57,735 nucleotides of DNA, taken from assembly GCA_964250745.1 (NCBI GenBank), contig CAXUHL010000001.1, positions 1-57,735 on the forward strand. Direction: 5' to 3'. The notes beneath the pieces are model-generated. The model did no database searches, was not told the origin of the DNA, and was given only the letters and a program-made list of their open reading frames with translations. The stretch's first letter is position 1. Each line of letters opens with the position of its first letter. A program made the translations under genes and the position numbers. Source of the stretch: an uncultured Acidobacteriaceae bacterium (GTDB lineage: Bacteria; Acidobacteriota; Terriglobia; Terriglobales; Acidobacteriaceae). Positions 1 through 9,536 of this stretch are shown piece by piece.

Positions 1-1
1 C

Positions 2-586
2 GGGGACCGGGCGGGCCTCGGCCGGTTCGGGGGCGGGCTCCTCGCCGGTTTCGCTGCCATCTCGGCGCTGGTCGGGCTCCTGTGGGGGTGCGGCTTGCTC
101 GTCCTGCACCCGGCGGGTTTGCCTGCCGCGGCCGCGGCGCGCTACGGGCTGTTCTGGGGGCTGGGGTTCCTGCTCACCGGCCTCTTCGAGGAGATGCTGC
201 TGCGGGGATACCTCCTGTGGACCCTGGCGCGCGGCCTGGGCTTCTGGTGGGGAGCCGTCGCGCTGTCCGCCGGCTTCGGACTGATCCACGGGACCAACCC
301 CGGCGAAACCCCGATCGGCTTGTTTTCAGCCGCCGCGGTGGGTCTTTTGTTCTGCTTCAGCGTGTGGCTGACGCGCTCGCTGTGGTGGGCCATCGGTTTC
401 CACGCGGCCTGGGACTGGGGCGAAAGCTTCTTCTGGGGCGTTTCCGACAGCGGATTGAAGGTGGAAGGGCACCTGCTCGCCGCGCACCCCGCGGGCGCTC
501 GCTTGTGGAGCGGCGGCGCGACCGGGCCGGAGGGCAGCTTGCTGGTCTTTCCCATTTTGGCCCTCGCGGCGTTGGGAATCGCATAG
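2..586 (+). CDS. CPBP/Abi family intramembrane metalloprotease (CAAX protease-like), 5'-truncated by window edge
   Basis: Frame open from position 2; hydrophobic; motifs EEMLLRGY, FGLIH, HAAWDW. Confidence 0.9.
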   Translation, partial: GDRAGLGRFGGGLLAGFAAISALVGLLWGCGLLVLHPAGLPAAAAARYGLFWGLGFLLTGLFEEMLLRGYLLWTLARGLGFWWGAVALSAGFGLIHGTNPGETPIGLFSAAAVGLLFCFSVWLTRSLWWAIGFHAAWDWGESFFWGVSDSGLKVEGHLLAAHPAGARLWSGGATGPEGSLLVFPILALAALGIA

Positions 587-631
587 TGGTGGCGCGAGCG
601 ACCCCGGTGCGGGTGAGAGAATCGCGACGGG

Positions 632-2983
632 ATGCCGAGCCGCGACCCAAAACGCCGCTTTCTGCCCCGCGTGGTTGCGGCGATGGCCGTCGTGCTGCTG
701 GCCGTTGCGCTCGCGGGGCTCGGGGCGGTGCTGGGGCTGCGGCATCGGCTCGCGGCCACGGTCGCCCCGATGGACGGCACGCTGCGGCTTCCGGGCTTGA
801 GCGCGCCCGTCACGGTCCGGCGTGACGCGCACGGCGTTCCGCACATCGAGGCCGCTACGATGGGCGACCTGCTCGCCGCGCAGGGTTGGGTCACGGCCAG
901 CGACCGCCTGTGGCAGATGGACATGGCCCGCCGGCTGACCGCGGGGGAAGCGGCGGAGGTTTTAGGGCCGGCGCTGGTCGCGCACGACACGCGCGAGCGG
1001 ACCCTTTCGCTCCGCGACGTGGCCGCGCGCATGGAGCGGACGCTCGACGGCGAGCAGCGAGCGCAGCTCGAAGCCTACGCGCGCGGGGTCAACGCCTTTG
1101 CAAGCATGCAGAAACTCCCGGCCGAGTTCACGCTGCTGGCCTACAAGCCCAGGCCCTGGCGGCCGGTCGACTCCATCCTCCTCGCGCTCTCGATGGACGA
1201 ATTGCTGGACGAGCGCTGGCCGGTGAAGCTGAAGCGCGAGCAAGTAGAAGCACGCCTGCGCGCCCACGGCGACGCTGCATTGATCGCGGACCTGTACCCC
1301 GCAGGGTCGTGGAGAGACCATCCGCCGCTCCCGAGCGGGCCGGGGATCTCGGACCCGCAGGATGTCCCGGAGATCCCGCTGGACCCTTCGCAAACGCGGC
1401 TGCTGCCTGTGCATGGGCTGCTGGATCTCGGCCGGCCCTGCTCCGAGTGCTTCCCCGGCTCGAACGAGTGGGCGGTGAGCGGCGCGCATACCGCGGACGG
1501 CAAGCCCATGCTCGCGAACGACATGCACCTGGGCCACGCCATCCCCGACCTTTGGTACGAGGCGGAGCTCCATGCGGCCGGCTTCCACGTCGCGGGGCTG
1601 TCCATCCCCGGGTTGCCGTGGATCGCGGTCGGCCACAACGAGCACATCGCCTGGGGCTTCACCGCGCTCGGCGGCGACGCGCAGGACGTTCTCGTCGAGC
1701 CGCCGGGCGCGCCGGTGACCCACACGCATGAGCGCATCGCCGTGCGCGGGGGCCGCGACGTGAACCTCGATGTCGCGCGGAGCGAGCACGGCCCGGTGAT
1801 CACCCCGCTCGTTCCCGGCGAGCGGCGCACGCTCATCCTTCGTTGGTCTATCTACGAAGACGCCGCGCGCGGCCTGCCGCTGTTCGCGCTCGACTCCGCC
1901 CGCGACTGGGCAAGCTTTCGCGCGGCGGCCTCAACCTGGTGGGGGCCGACGCTGAACACCGCCTACGCCGACGACGCGGGCCACATCGGCTACCAGGCCA
2001 TAGGGCTGGTGCCGACGCGGGCGAGCGGGTTGACGGCCCTTCCGTCCGCCCAGCTCGACTGGACCGGCTTCGTCCCCTTCGAGGGCGGCATGCCGTCGAT
2101 GCTCGACCCGGAGGACGGCATCGTCGCGACGGCGAACGGCCGCGTGACGCCGGACGGCTGGCCGTACCCGCTCTCGCTCGACTGGGCCGCGCCCTACCGC
2201 AACGAGCGGATTTGGCGGTGGCTCGCGGGCAAGCAGGGCCTCGCTCCGGCGGACATGCTCACGCTCCAGACCGATGTGTACTCCGAGGTCGACCGGGAGA
2301 TCGCGCAGCGGCTGGCCTATGCCATCGACCGCTCACCGCATGCGGGCGCGCGGACCCGCGAGGCCGCCGACATCCTGCGCTCCTGGGACGGCGTGTTCCG
2401 CGTCAGCTCCCCCGCGGCGGCGATCGTGACGGAGGCCGAGGAAGCTTTCTGGCCGGCCGCGCTCGGCGCGAAGATCGGCGACGGCTGGAAGCTGTACAGC
2501 TGGGGCGAGGCCAGCTATGCGCGCGAACAGCTCATCACCGGGCAGCCCGCCGACTGGCTGCCGCCCGTTTACCGGAGCTGGAACGAGTTTTTGCTCGCGC
2601 TGGTGGAGACAGCGGTGAAGGACGCGCCGACCGACCTGCGCGCGCTGCGCTACGGCGACCGGCACACCATCGCCATGGCGCACCCGCTGTGGCGCATGCT
2701 GCCCGGCGCGCACGCCTCTGTCGACCCCCTGCCGCAGTCCGGCGCGCCGGCGACGGTCAAGCAGGTCACGGGCGACCTGGGCCCCTCGCAGCGGTTCACG
2801 GCCGTGCCGGGCGACTGGGACCGCTCGACCGAGAACATCGTCATGGGCGAGTCCGGCGACCCGGCGAGCCCGTACTTCCGCGACCAATGGGCGAGCTGGT
2901 ACGGCGGCACCACCTTCCCGCTGCCCTTCAGCCCGGCGGCCGTCGCGGCGGCGGCCCGGCACACGCTCAGGCTGGTTCCCTGA
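632..2983 (+). CDS. Penicillin acylase family Ntn hydrolase
   Basis: N-terminal TM; RDAHGVPHI, DRLWQMD, nucleophile motif GSNEWAVSG, ANDMHL, C-terminal GESGDPASPYFRDQ. Confidence 0.93.
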   Translation: MPSRDPKRRFLPRVVAAMAVVLLAVALAGLGAVLGLRHRLAATVAPMDGTLRLPGLSAPVTVRRDAHGVPHIEAATMGDLLAAQGWVTASDRLWQMDMARRLTAGEAAEVLGPALVAHDTRERTLSLRDVAARMERTLDGEQRAQLEAYARGVNAFASMQKLPAEFTLLAYKPRPWRPVDSILLALSMDELLDERWPVKLKREQVEARLRAHGDAALIADLYPAGSWRDHPPLPSGPGISDPQDVPEIPLDPSQTRLLPVHGLLDLGRPCSECFPGSNEWAVSGAHTADGKPMLANDMHLGHAIPDLWYEAELHAAGFHVAGLSIPGLPWIAVGHNEHIAWGFTALGGDAQDVLVEPPGAPVTHTHERIAVRGGRDVNLDVARSEHGPVITPLVPGERRTLILRWSIYEDAARGLPLFALDSARDWASFRAAASTWWGPTLNTAYADDAGHIGYQAIGLVPTRASGLTALPSAQLDWTGFVPFEGGMPSMLDPEDGIVATANGRVTPDGWPYPLSLDWAAPYRNERIWRWLAGKQGLAPADMLTLQTDVYSEVDREIAQRLAYAIDRSPHAGARTREAADILRSWDGVFRVSSPAAAIVTEAEEAFWPAALGAKIGDGWKLYSWGEASYAREQLITGQPADWLPPVYRSWNEFLLALVETAVKDAPTDLRALRYGDRHTIAMAHPLWRMLPGAHASVDPLPQSGAPATVKQVTGDLGPSQRFTAVPGDWDRSTENIVMGESGDPASPYFRDQWASWYGGTTFPLPFSPAAVAAAARHTLRLVP

Positions 2984-2986
2984 CCC

Positions 2987-4693
2987 GTGCCTGTCGCCTT
3001 GCTTGTCGCGTTGCTCGTGGTTGCGCCCCTGCTCTGGCGGGCCTCGCCCTCCTGCGGGCACGACTTCGGCTTCCATATGCAGAGCTGGCTGGCGGTGCGG
3101 CACACGTGGCAGGCGGGGCTCGCCGTGCCGCACTGGGTGGCCCCGGCCAACTGGGGCGCGGGCGAGGCGCGCTTCCAGTTCTATCCGCCGCTCTCGTGGC
3201 TGCTGGGTGCTTTTCTAGGGTCGGTGCTGCCGTGGAGCTGGGTGCCCGCCGCCTACACGGCCGTGTGCGCCGGCGGCGCGGCCGGGGCCACGTACGCGGC
3301 GGTGCGCCCGTGGCGTCCGCGCGCCCAGGCCACTGTGGCCGCCGCGCTGTACGGGGCCGCGCCGTATCTGCTGTTTACCGCCTACGAGCGCACCGCCTAT
3401 GGCGAGTTGCTCGCCGCCGTGTGGATGCCCCTGCTGCTGCGTGCGCTACTCCTGCGGCCCTTGCCGGTGGGGCGCACGGCGCTGCTGCTGGCGGCGCTGT
3501 GGTACTCAAACGCGCCGGCCGGGGTCATGGGGAGCTACCTCGTCCTGTTCAGCGCGGCATTCTGGTTCGCGTCGACGCGCCGGGTCCTGCTCCGCCACGG
3601 CGCGGCCCTGGCCCTCGGCGGGCTGCTCGCCGCGGACTACCTCCTGCCCGCGTCCTACGAACGGCGCTTCGTCGCGATCGACCGCGCGGTCGGGCCGGGC
3701 ATGCGCGTCCGGGACAGCTTCCTGTTCGGGCACACGGGCGAGGCGTTCCACGATCAGGTCCTCCGGACCGCTTCGTGGATCGCGGTCGCGACCTTGGGCG
3801 CGGGCCTTCTCGCGGCCGCGGTGTGGCTGGGCCGGCGTCGTCCGCGCGATCCGGTGTGGCGGCTGGAGGAGGCTTTCGACGCGAAGGCGGTGCTGTTTCT
3901 CGCTTCCCTGCTCGCGCTGGTGGTGCTGCTGCAGCTGCCGCTCAGCGCGCCCGCGTGGGAGCATCTGCCGGAGCTGCGCTTTCTGCAGTTCCCCTGGCGC
4001 TTGCTGCTGCCGGCGAGCGCGGCGGCGGCGCTGCTGGCTGGGTTGGCTTTGCCTGCCCGCTTCGCCCGGCGCTCGCTTGCGCGAACAGCCGTCGCCGCCG
4101 GCCTGGTCTTCGCGGCGGGGATGGCCGCCTGGGCCGGGCTGACCCGCTTCCAGCCTTGCGACGAGGAAGACACGGTGGCTGCCCACCTGCTCATCGCGGA
4201 CAGCGATGCCGGCTTCGCCGGGACCGACGAATACGCGGCCGCGGGCAGCGACAACGGCGAAATCCAGCAAGGGCTGCCCCCCGTGCGACTGCTCGCCTCC
4301 GCTTCCGCGGACGAGGGCGACGACGCCCGGGACGCGAACCCGCCGTGGAAGCCCGCGCGCGGCGTCCCTGGGCCGGTGGAGATCGCCCAATGGGACCTCC
4401 ACGGCTTTGCCCTGCGCGCCCGCCCGGACCGCGCGGCTTTCGCCGTTCTGCGCTGGGAGCGTTACCCCGGCTGGGCCGTTCGGGTCGACGGCGAGCCCTG
4501 CGGTGCGCGCTGCCTCCTTCGTGAGGACGGCCTCGTGACCGTCGCGCTGCCCGGCGGCCGCTGGAGCACGGTCACCGCCGCGTGGCGGGACGGCAACGAC
4601 GTCCGGGCCGGGCGCGCGCTCACCCTTCTCGGCCTTGCGCTGCTCAGCTTGCTGAATCGATGGAACAGGCCGGGTATGATGGGACGGAAATGA
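2987..4693 (+). CDS. Polytopic membrane protein, PTPS-related / GT-C glycosyltransferase-like
   Basis: GHDFGFH..W..P.W, FQFYPPL, PYLLFTAYERTAYGE, LQFPWR, C-terminal YPGWAVRVDG (YfhO-like). Confidence 0.72.
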   Translation: MPVALLVALLVVAPLLWRASPSCGHDFGFHMQSWLAVRHTWQAGLAVPHWVAPANWGAGEARFQFYPPLSWLLGAFLGSVLPWSWVPAAYTAVCAGGAAGATYAAVRPWRPRAQATVAAALYGAAPYLLFTAYERTAYGELLAAVWMPLLLRALLLRPLPVGRTALLLAALWYSNAPAGVMGSYLVLFSAAFWFASTRRVLLRHGAALALGGLLAADYLLPASYERRFVAIDRAVGPGMRVRDSFLFGHTGEAFHDQVLRTASWIAVATLGAGLLAAAVWLGRRRPRDPVWRLEEAFDAKAVLFLASLLALVVLLQLPLSAPAWEHLPELRFLQFPWRLLLPASAAAALLAGLALPARFARRSLARTAVAAGLVFAAGMAAWAGLTRFQPCDEEDTVAAHLLIADSDAGFAGTDEYAAAGSDNGEIQQGLPPVRLLASASADEGDDARDANPPWKPARGVPGPVEIAQWDLHGFALRARPDRAAFAVLRWERYPGWAVRVDGEPCGARCLLREDGLVTVALPGGRWSTVTAAWRDGNDVRAGRALTLLGLALLSLLNRWNRPGMMGRK

Positions 4694-5595
4694 CGACCCA
4701 TGCTTTGGCCATCGACGTCCAAGCCATGCTGCGGGCGGCCGCCGAGGCGACCGACCGGGCGCTGGACCGGCTGCTGCCCCCCGCCCATGCGGTCCCCGGC
4801 TCGATCCACGCCGCCATGCGCTACACCGTGTTCGCCGGGGGCAAGCGTTTGCGGCCCGCCCTGGCCATGGAAGCCGCGCGCGCGGTCGCGGGCGAGCTGC
4901 CCGCGGGCGTGGACGAGCTGGGCGCTGCCATCGAGATGCTCCACACCTACTCGCTGATCCACGACGACCTGCCCGCGCTCGACAATGACGACCTCCGGCG
5001 CGGCAAGCCGACCTGCCACAAGGTTTTCGGCGAGGCCATCGCCATCCTTACGGGCGACGCGCTCCAATCGCACGCCTACCAGACGCTGGCCCGCCTGCGC
5101 TGCCCGTGCGAGCCGCGAGCGGCGGTCATTGGGCTCGTGGCGGAGGCGACCGGGACCGAGGAAGGCATGATCGGCGGGCAGGTGCTCGACATCGAAGGCG
5201 AAAACGTACGGCCCACCGCTGCCTCGGTCGAGGCGATCCACCGGGCCAAAACCGGCGCGCTGATTCGCGTCAGCGTGACGTCCGGGGGCTTGTTCGCGGG
5301 CGCGGACGAGCGGCAAGCCTCGCGCCTGACCGGCTTCGGCCGCAAGGCGGGGCTCGCGTTCCAGATCGTGGACGACGTGCTCGACATGACGCAAAGCTCG
5401 GAACAACTGGGTAAAACGGCCGGCAAGGACCAGGCGAGCGAGAAAGCGACCTGGCCCGCGGTGCACGGGGTCGAGCAGTCGCGCCGGGACGCGGACCGGC
5501 TCATCGCCGAGGCGTTTGCGGAACTGGAAGAGTTCGGCGGGCGCGCGGACGGGCTGAAAGCGCTGGCCGCGTACCTGGTCGAGCGCACCCACTGA
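4690..5595 (+). CDS. ispA: Polyprenyl (farnesyl/geranylgeranyl) diphosphate synthase
   Basis: GGKRLRP, HDDLPALDNDDLRRGKPT, AFQIVDDVLD, GKTAGKD; ATG 4690 overlaps upstream TGA (ATGA). Confidence 0.92.
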   Translation: MTTHALAIDVQAMLRAAAEATDRALDRLLPPAHAVPGSIHAAMRYTVFAGGKRLRPALAMEAARAVAGELPAGVDELGAAIEMLHTYSLIHDDLPALDNDDLRRGKPTCHKVFGEAIAILTGDALQSHAYQTLARLRCPCEPRAAVIGLVAEATGTEEGMIGGQVLDIEGENVRPTAASVEAIHRAKTGALIRVSVTSGGLFAGADERQASRLTGFGRKAGLAFQIVDDVLDMTQSSEQLGKTAGKDQASEKATWPAVHGVEQSRRDADRLIAEAFAELEEFGGRADGLKALAAYLVERTH

Positions 5596-5706
5596 GGCAG
5601 TTCCGAGCCGGTCTAGGCCGAAGAGACACTCCGGACGCGGTTTTTCCGTCAAGAAAGCCGCAAGGCGCATTCTTCGGAGAGGACGCGGGTACTTCGGAAA
5701 CTGCCC
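5596..5706. repeat. ~110-bp MITE-like palindromic element, copy 1
   Basis: Ends GGCAGTTCCGA / TCGGAAACTGCC; central hairpin GCGGTTTTT..AGAAAGCCGC; similar to 41068-41176. Confidence 0.65.
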
Positions 5707-5718
5707 TAAGATAGAGCC

Positions 5719-6063
5719 ATGCCGCTGACGGAAGAAGACGTAACGAACGCGCTGCGCGATGTGTTCGACCCGGAGCTGCCGGTCAACATCGTCGACCTGG
5801 GCCTGGTGTACGGGGTGAAGGTGGAGCCGGACCCTGACGCGCCCGGGATGCTGCCGCGGCAGAAGGTCGCGGTCGAGATGACGATGACGACAAAGGCCTG
5901 CACCCTGCACCCCATGATCGTGGAGCAGGTGCGCAACCGCCTTGCCGGTATCCGGGAGATCAGCGAGTCCACGGTGGACCTGGTGTGGGAGCCGGCCTGG
6001 ACGCCGGACCGGATCAGCCCGGCGGCCCAGAAGCAGCTCGGCATCGCGCCGTTTCCCGACTGA
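5719..6063 (+). CDS. DUF59 / SufT-PaaD-like metal-sulfur cluster assembly factor
   Basis: VFDPELPVNIVDLGLVY, MTMTTKAC, VWEPAWTPDRIS. Confidence 0.92.
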   Translation: MPLTEEDVTNALRDVFDPELPVNIVDLGLVYGVKVEPDPDAPGMLPRQKVAVEMTMTTKACTLHPMIVEQVRNRLAGIREISESTVDLVWEPAWTPDRISPAAQKQLGIAPFPD

Positions 6064-6066
6064 ACC

Positions 6067-6402
6067 CTACAGGTGTCCCTGCTTGGCCAGCACCTCGCGC
6101 AGCTTGGCGGCCTGCTCGCCCAGCCGCTCGATGAAGCCTTCGGCGCGCACCAGGAAGTCCTGCCCGGTGCGGATGTGGCCCGGCAAGGCGGTCCACAGCT
6201 CGTGCGCTGCCTGCGGCCGCTCGAGCAGCGTGCCCGCGGCACCGGCGGCGGCGATCGCCAGCGCCTGGCGCCGCTTGCCGCACACCAGCAGCACCGCGCC
6301 CGCCACCAACGCGATGGCCGCGACCTGGTGCGACCAGTGAATGTCTTCCACGGTTTCTAAGGGCTTCGATCCGGTTTCCGACGTAAATCGCGACAAATCC
6401 AT
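6067..6402 (-). CDS. Hypothetical small membrane protein
   Basis: RBS GGAG upstream; hydrophobic hairpin followed by amphipathic tail; fills gap between genes. Confidence 0.7.
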   Translation of the reverse strand: MDLSRFTSETGSKPLETVEDIHWSHQVAAIALVAGAVLLVCGKRRQALAIAAAGAAGTLLERPQAAHELWTALPGHIRTGQDFLVRAEGFIERLGEQAAKLREVLAKQGHL

Positions 6403-6465
6403 AGCTCCTGCTCCTTGCTGGAAGTAGATGGGATGCCGACCGGGGCAAAAAGCACTGCCCCGCTT

Positions 6466-6777
6466 CTAGTCGAGGTCGAACTCGCGCAGGGGCCGCTCGC
6501 CCGCAGGCAATTCCTTGGCCTTACGGACAGCCTCGGCAAAGCGCTTCGCCATCACGTCGTCCTTGTTCTTCTCTTCCTCGACAGCCTGGCGGAACAGCGA
6601 CTCCTTGCGGCCCTCGCCCTCGCGCATGGCGCGGGCCGCGGTGTCGAAGTCCTCGAAGGTACGCTTGCGCGGGGGCGGTGTATGGGCGACGACCGCTCGG
6701 GTCGCGGGGTCGATGCGCAGGAGGCCGCCGCACTCCGGGCAGGCCACTTCGAAAGTTTCGGCGCGTTTGGCGGGCAT
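6466..6777 (-). CDS. Hypothetical protein with N-terminal CxxC knuckle and charged helical C-terminus
   Basis: FEVACPECGGLLRID; RBS GAGGGA; 12 nt downstream of bshC. Confidence 0.8.
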   Translation of the reverse strand: MPAKRAETFEVACPECGGLLRIDPATRAVVAHTPPPRKRTFEDFDTAARAMREGEGRKESLFRQAVEEEKNKDDVMAKRFAEAVRKAKELPAGERPLREFDLD

Positions 6778-6789
6778 GGGATTCCCTCG

Positions 6790-8424
6790 TTAGAAAAGGA
6801 TGGGCTTGTGGCCGGGGCAGGGGTCGCCGGCGGCTTCGACCAGCGCCCGTACCAGCAGGCTGCCGTGGCGGGCCAGCGCGGAAGCGGCCCCTTCCGCCCG
6901 CTCCTGCAAATGCCCGTCCGGGTACACGGAAGCGTACAAGGCGGCCACGCGCTTGCGGATGCCCGTGTCGCGCTCGAGTTCGCGGCGCGCGGCGAGGCGG
7001 CGCAGGCGGTTCATCTGGTGCAGCATCTTGCTCGCGGCGACCTCGGCGGACCGCCCGAGCGCCGGGTCGAGCGCGCGCATGTAGGCAGTGACAGTTTCGA
7101 GCTCGCCGGTGAGCGCTTGCCCGGCCGTGTGCAGCTTGCGCTTGCCCTCGACCGGCATGGAGCGCGCGCCGATCCGCTGGGTTATCTCCTCGAGCGGCAA
7201 GCGGAAGATTTCGGGCAGGTCGATGCCGTCGTGCTCCATCGTCCGCGCGTCGCGGGCTTCGAGCAGGGTGGCGCTCAGGCGCGGCAGTACGGGCGTACCG
7301 CGGGCGAGAATGAGCCGGTGCAGCACCGCGGTCTGGGCGAAATAGGCGACCTCCGCCGGGCCGCCGATGTAGGCGGCCGTGGGCAGGATCGCGTCCTGGA
7401 AGACGGGGCGGAGCAGCGCGTTGGGGCTCAGGCGCTCGGGCTCGGTGTCGAGGATGCCGAGCAGGTCGCCCGCGCTCAGAGTGGCCCGGCCGGCGGTCCA
7501 ACTGCCGTCGGGTTTGAGCCGCAGGGCCTCGCGGGTGTGCGGCTCGTTTTCGGCCCCGCCGCTCAGCAGGAACAGGAGGCTCATGCCGGACTTGACCAGC
7601 ACCTGCCGGTGGTAGCCCGCGCCCTCCAGAAGCGCCCCTCGTTCCAGCAGCGCCGCTTCGAGCTCCGGGGCCCGCTCGACAGCCGCTCGGAGCACTTCCC
7701 TGCCCATCGCGTGCGCGGCGCGTCCGGCGGCGTCGAAGACGATCAAGCCGTAATCGCGAAAGGTGCCGGCCAGCCACTGGGCGAACGCCCCCGCGAAGGT
7801 GCTCTCCGGCCGGTAACATCGGTGCAGCAGCTCCGCTTGCGGACCGGCGGGGCCGAGAACCGCGGCAGCCGCGTCGAGCGCGCGCGTGACCGTCGGGCCC
7901 AGGCGCAGGCTGCCCACCGGCGCGCGCGAGGCCGCGGCGGCGTGGTCCTCAAGCTGAATCCTGTGCAAAGCGCCGTCGTGCCCGCGCAGGGCGACATGGT
8001 CGACTTCGGCGAAGTCGTGGTCCTCGCTCGCGAGCCAGAAGACGGGGACGTGCGCCACACCGGTGCGCGTGGAGGCCAACTGCGCCAGGCGCACGGCGGA
8101 GGCGGCCTTCATCAGCGTGTACAGCGGGCCGCCGAACAGGCCCACCTGCTGGCCGGTGACAACGGCCCGCGCGCCCGCGCGCAGCTTCGCGATGTTGGCG
8201 TGGGCGGCGGCCCCGGCATGGCAGGCAGAGTTTTGCGCGTCCAGCAGGCCGGCGAGGGCAGGTGGCGCGGGCGCGGGCGCGCCGAAATGCATCCAGCCCT
8301 CGCCTGCGGGCGCGACCGGGTAAAAGGAGGAGGCCTTGCCGTCCGCGTAGTCGAGGAACAGCCGCGACGCGCCCGGAACGGCCGACGGGGGGTAACAGGC
8401 TCCGGGCACGGCGCTGGTCTCCAT
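6790..8424 (-). CDS. bshC: Bacillithiol biosynthesis cysteine-adding enzyme BshC
   Basis: VVTGQQVGLFGGPLYTLMKA, FWLASEDHDFAEV, SPNALLRPVFQD, YIGGPAEVAYFAQ, LQER; start chosen at METSAV. Confidence 0.92.
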   Translation of the reverse strand: METSAVPGACYPPSAVPGASRLFLDYADGKASSFYPVAPAGEGWMHFGAPAPAPPALAGLLDAQNSACHAGAAAHANIAKLRAGARAVVTGQQVGLFGGPLYTLMKAASAVRLAQLASTRTGVAHVPVFWLASEDHDFAEVDHVALRGHDGALHRIQLEDHAAAASRAPVGSLRLGPTVTRALDAAAAVLGPAGPQAELLHRCYRPESTFAGAFAQWLAGTFRDYGLIVFDAAGRAAHAMGREVLRAAVERAPELEAALLERGALLEGAGYHRQVLVKSGMSLLFLLSGGAENEPHTREALRLKPDGSWTAGRATLSAGDLLGILDTEPERLSPNALLRPVFQDAILPTAAYIGGPAEVAYFAQTAVLHRLILARGTPVLPRLSATLLEARDARTMEHDGIDLPEIFRLPLEEITQRIGARSMPVEGKRKLHTAGQALTGELETVTAYMRALDPALGRSAEVAASKMLHQMNRLRRLAARRELERDTGIRKRVAALYASVYPDGHLQERAEGAASALARHGSLLVRALVEAAGDPCPGHKPILF

Positions 8425-8489
8425 TCCCTTGCAGTTTCTCACGGGCAGGGGTGCCCGGTTCGCCATCCAACCGGGCGGAAGGAGCGTTC

Positions 8490-9125
8490 ATGGCGAAAAA
8501 GGGGAAAGCAGCGTCCGCGCCCGTTCTGCGGCCGGAAGGCAAGGCCGAGGTGCTCAGCTCGGAGGTCGTCTACGAGGGGCGGCTGTTCAAGGTGGTCAAG
8601 GAGGAGGTCCGGGAGCCGAACGGGCATGTCGCGCAGAAGGACATCGTGCGACACAACGGGTCGGTGGTGATCCTGGCGGTGGACGCGAGCGGCAAGCGCG
8701 GCCGGAAGGATCCTTTGTTGATCCTGGAGCGCCAGTACCGCCACGCCGCCGGGCAATACCTGTGGGAGCTGCCGGCGGGCAAGATCGAGCCGGGCGAGGA
8801 GCGCCTGGCCGGGGCCAAGCGGGAGCTGGCCGAGGAGACCGGCTACGAAGCGGCGCTGTGGACCGAGCTGGCGCGCTACTACGCCAGCCCCGGGTTCCTG
8901 GGCGAGTGGATGCAGGTGTACCTGGCCGAGGAACTGACCGGCGGCGTGGCCCGCCCGGAGCCGGACGAAACGCTCGAAATCTACCATCTGTCCCTGTCGC
9001 AGGTCGAGGCGTTGATCGCCCGGGGCGAAATCCTGGACGGGAAAACGCTGATCGGCGTGGCCGCATACCTGCGCTTGCGAGCGGACAGGAAAAAGAAAGG
9101 GAAGGCCCGCAGCGAAAACGGGTGA
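8490..9125 (+). CDS. NUDIX hydrolase (ADP-ribose pyrophosphatase-like)
   Basis: Nudix box GKIEPGEERLAGAKRELAEETGY; RQYR, SPGF, DGKT; RBS GGAG before ATG 8490. Confidence 0.92.
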   Translation: MAKKGKAASAPVLRPEGKAEVLSSEVVYEGRLFKVVKEEVREPNGHVAQKDIVRHNGSVVILAVDASGKRGRKDPLLILERQYRHAAGQYLWELPAGKIEPGEERLAGAKRELAEETGYEAALWTELARYYASPGFLGEWMQVYLAEELTGGVARPEPDETLEIYHLSLSQVEALIARGEILDGKTLIGVAAYLRLRADRKKKGKARSENG

Positions 9126-9165
9126 GCGCCGTCCAAACCGGAAGCGCTGCGGCGGGTCACGGATT

Positions 9166-9193
9166 TGTAACGAAAGTCCAGCCTCTTACGTCT
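9166..9193 (+). promoter_or_regulatory. Candidate ECF-sigma promoter of the cold-shock gene
   Basis: TGTAAC-N17-CGTCT, matching the generic ECF AAC...CGT pattern. Confidence 0.4.
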
Positions 9194-9269
9194 GTAAGGG
9201 TACTGGAGCCGGTAATGGCTCCCGGCCCGGAGCAGGGCCGCAATCCGCGCAAGACAGGAAGAGGCGCCG

Positions 9270-9488
9270 GTGGGACACTTCAAAGGCAAAGTCAAGTGGT
9301 TCAACAACGCAAAAGGGTTCGGGTTCATCGGCCGCGACGACGGGCCGGACGTGTTCGTGCACTACTCGGCGATCCAGATTGAAGGCTACAAGAGCCTGAA
9401 AGAGGGCGACGAAGTGGAGTTCGACGTGATCCAGGGGCAAAAGGGGCCGCAGGCGGACCAGGTCGTACGGTCCCGCGAGGTGGCTTGA
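9270..9488 (+). CDS. Cold-shock domain protein (CspA family)
   Basis: [15 protein letters not shown] (RNP1), DVFVHYSAI (RNP2), KGPQA. Confidence 0.97.
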   Translation: MGHFKGKVKWFNNAKGFGFIGRDDGPDVFVHYSAIQIEGYKSLKEGDEVEFDVIQGQKGPQADQVVRSREVA

Positions 9489-9536
9489 AGCAGAGCGCAG
9501 CGCGGCGGGCGGCCGGTCTGTTTCAATAGAAGCAGG

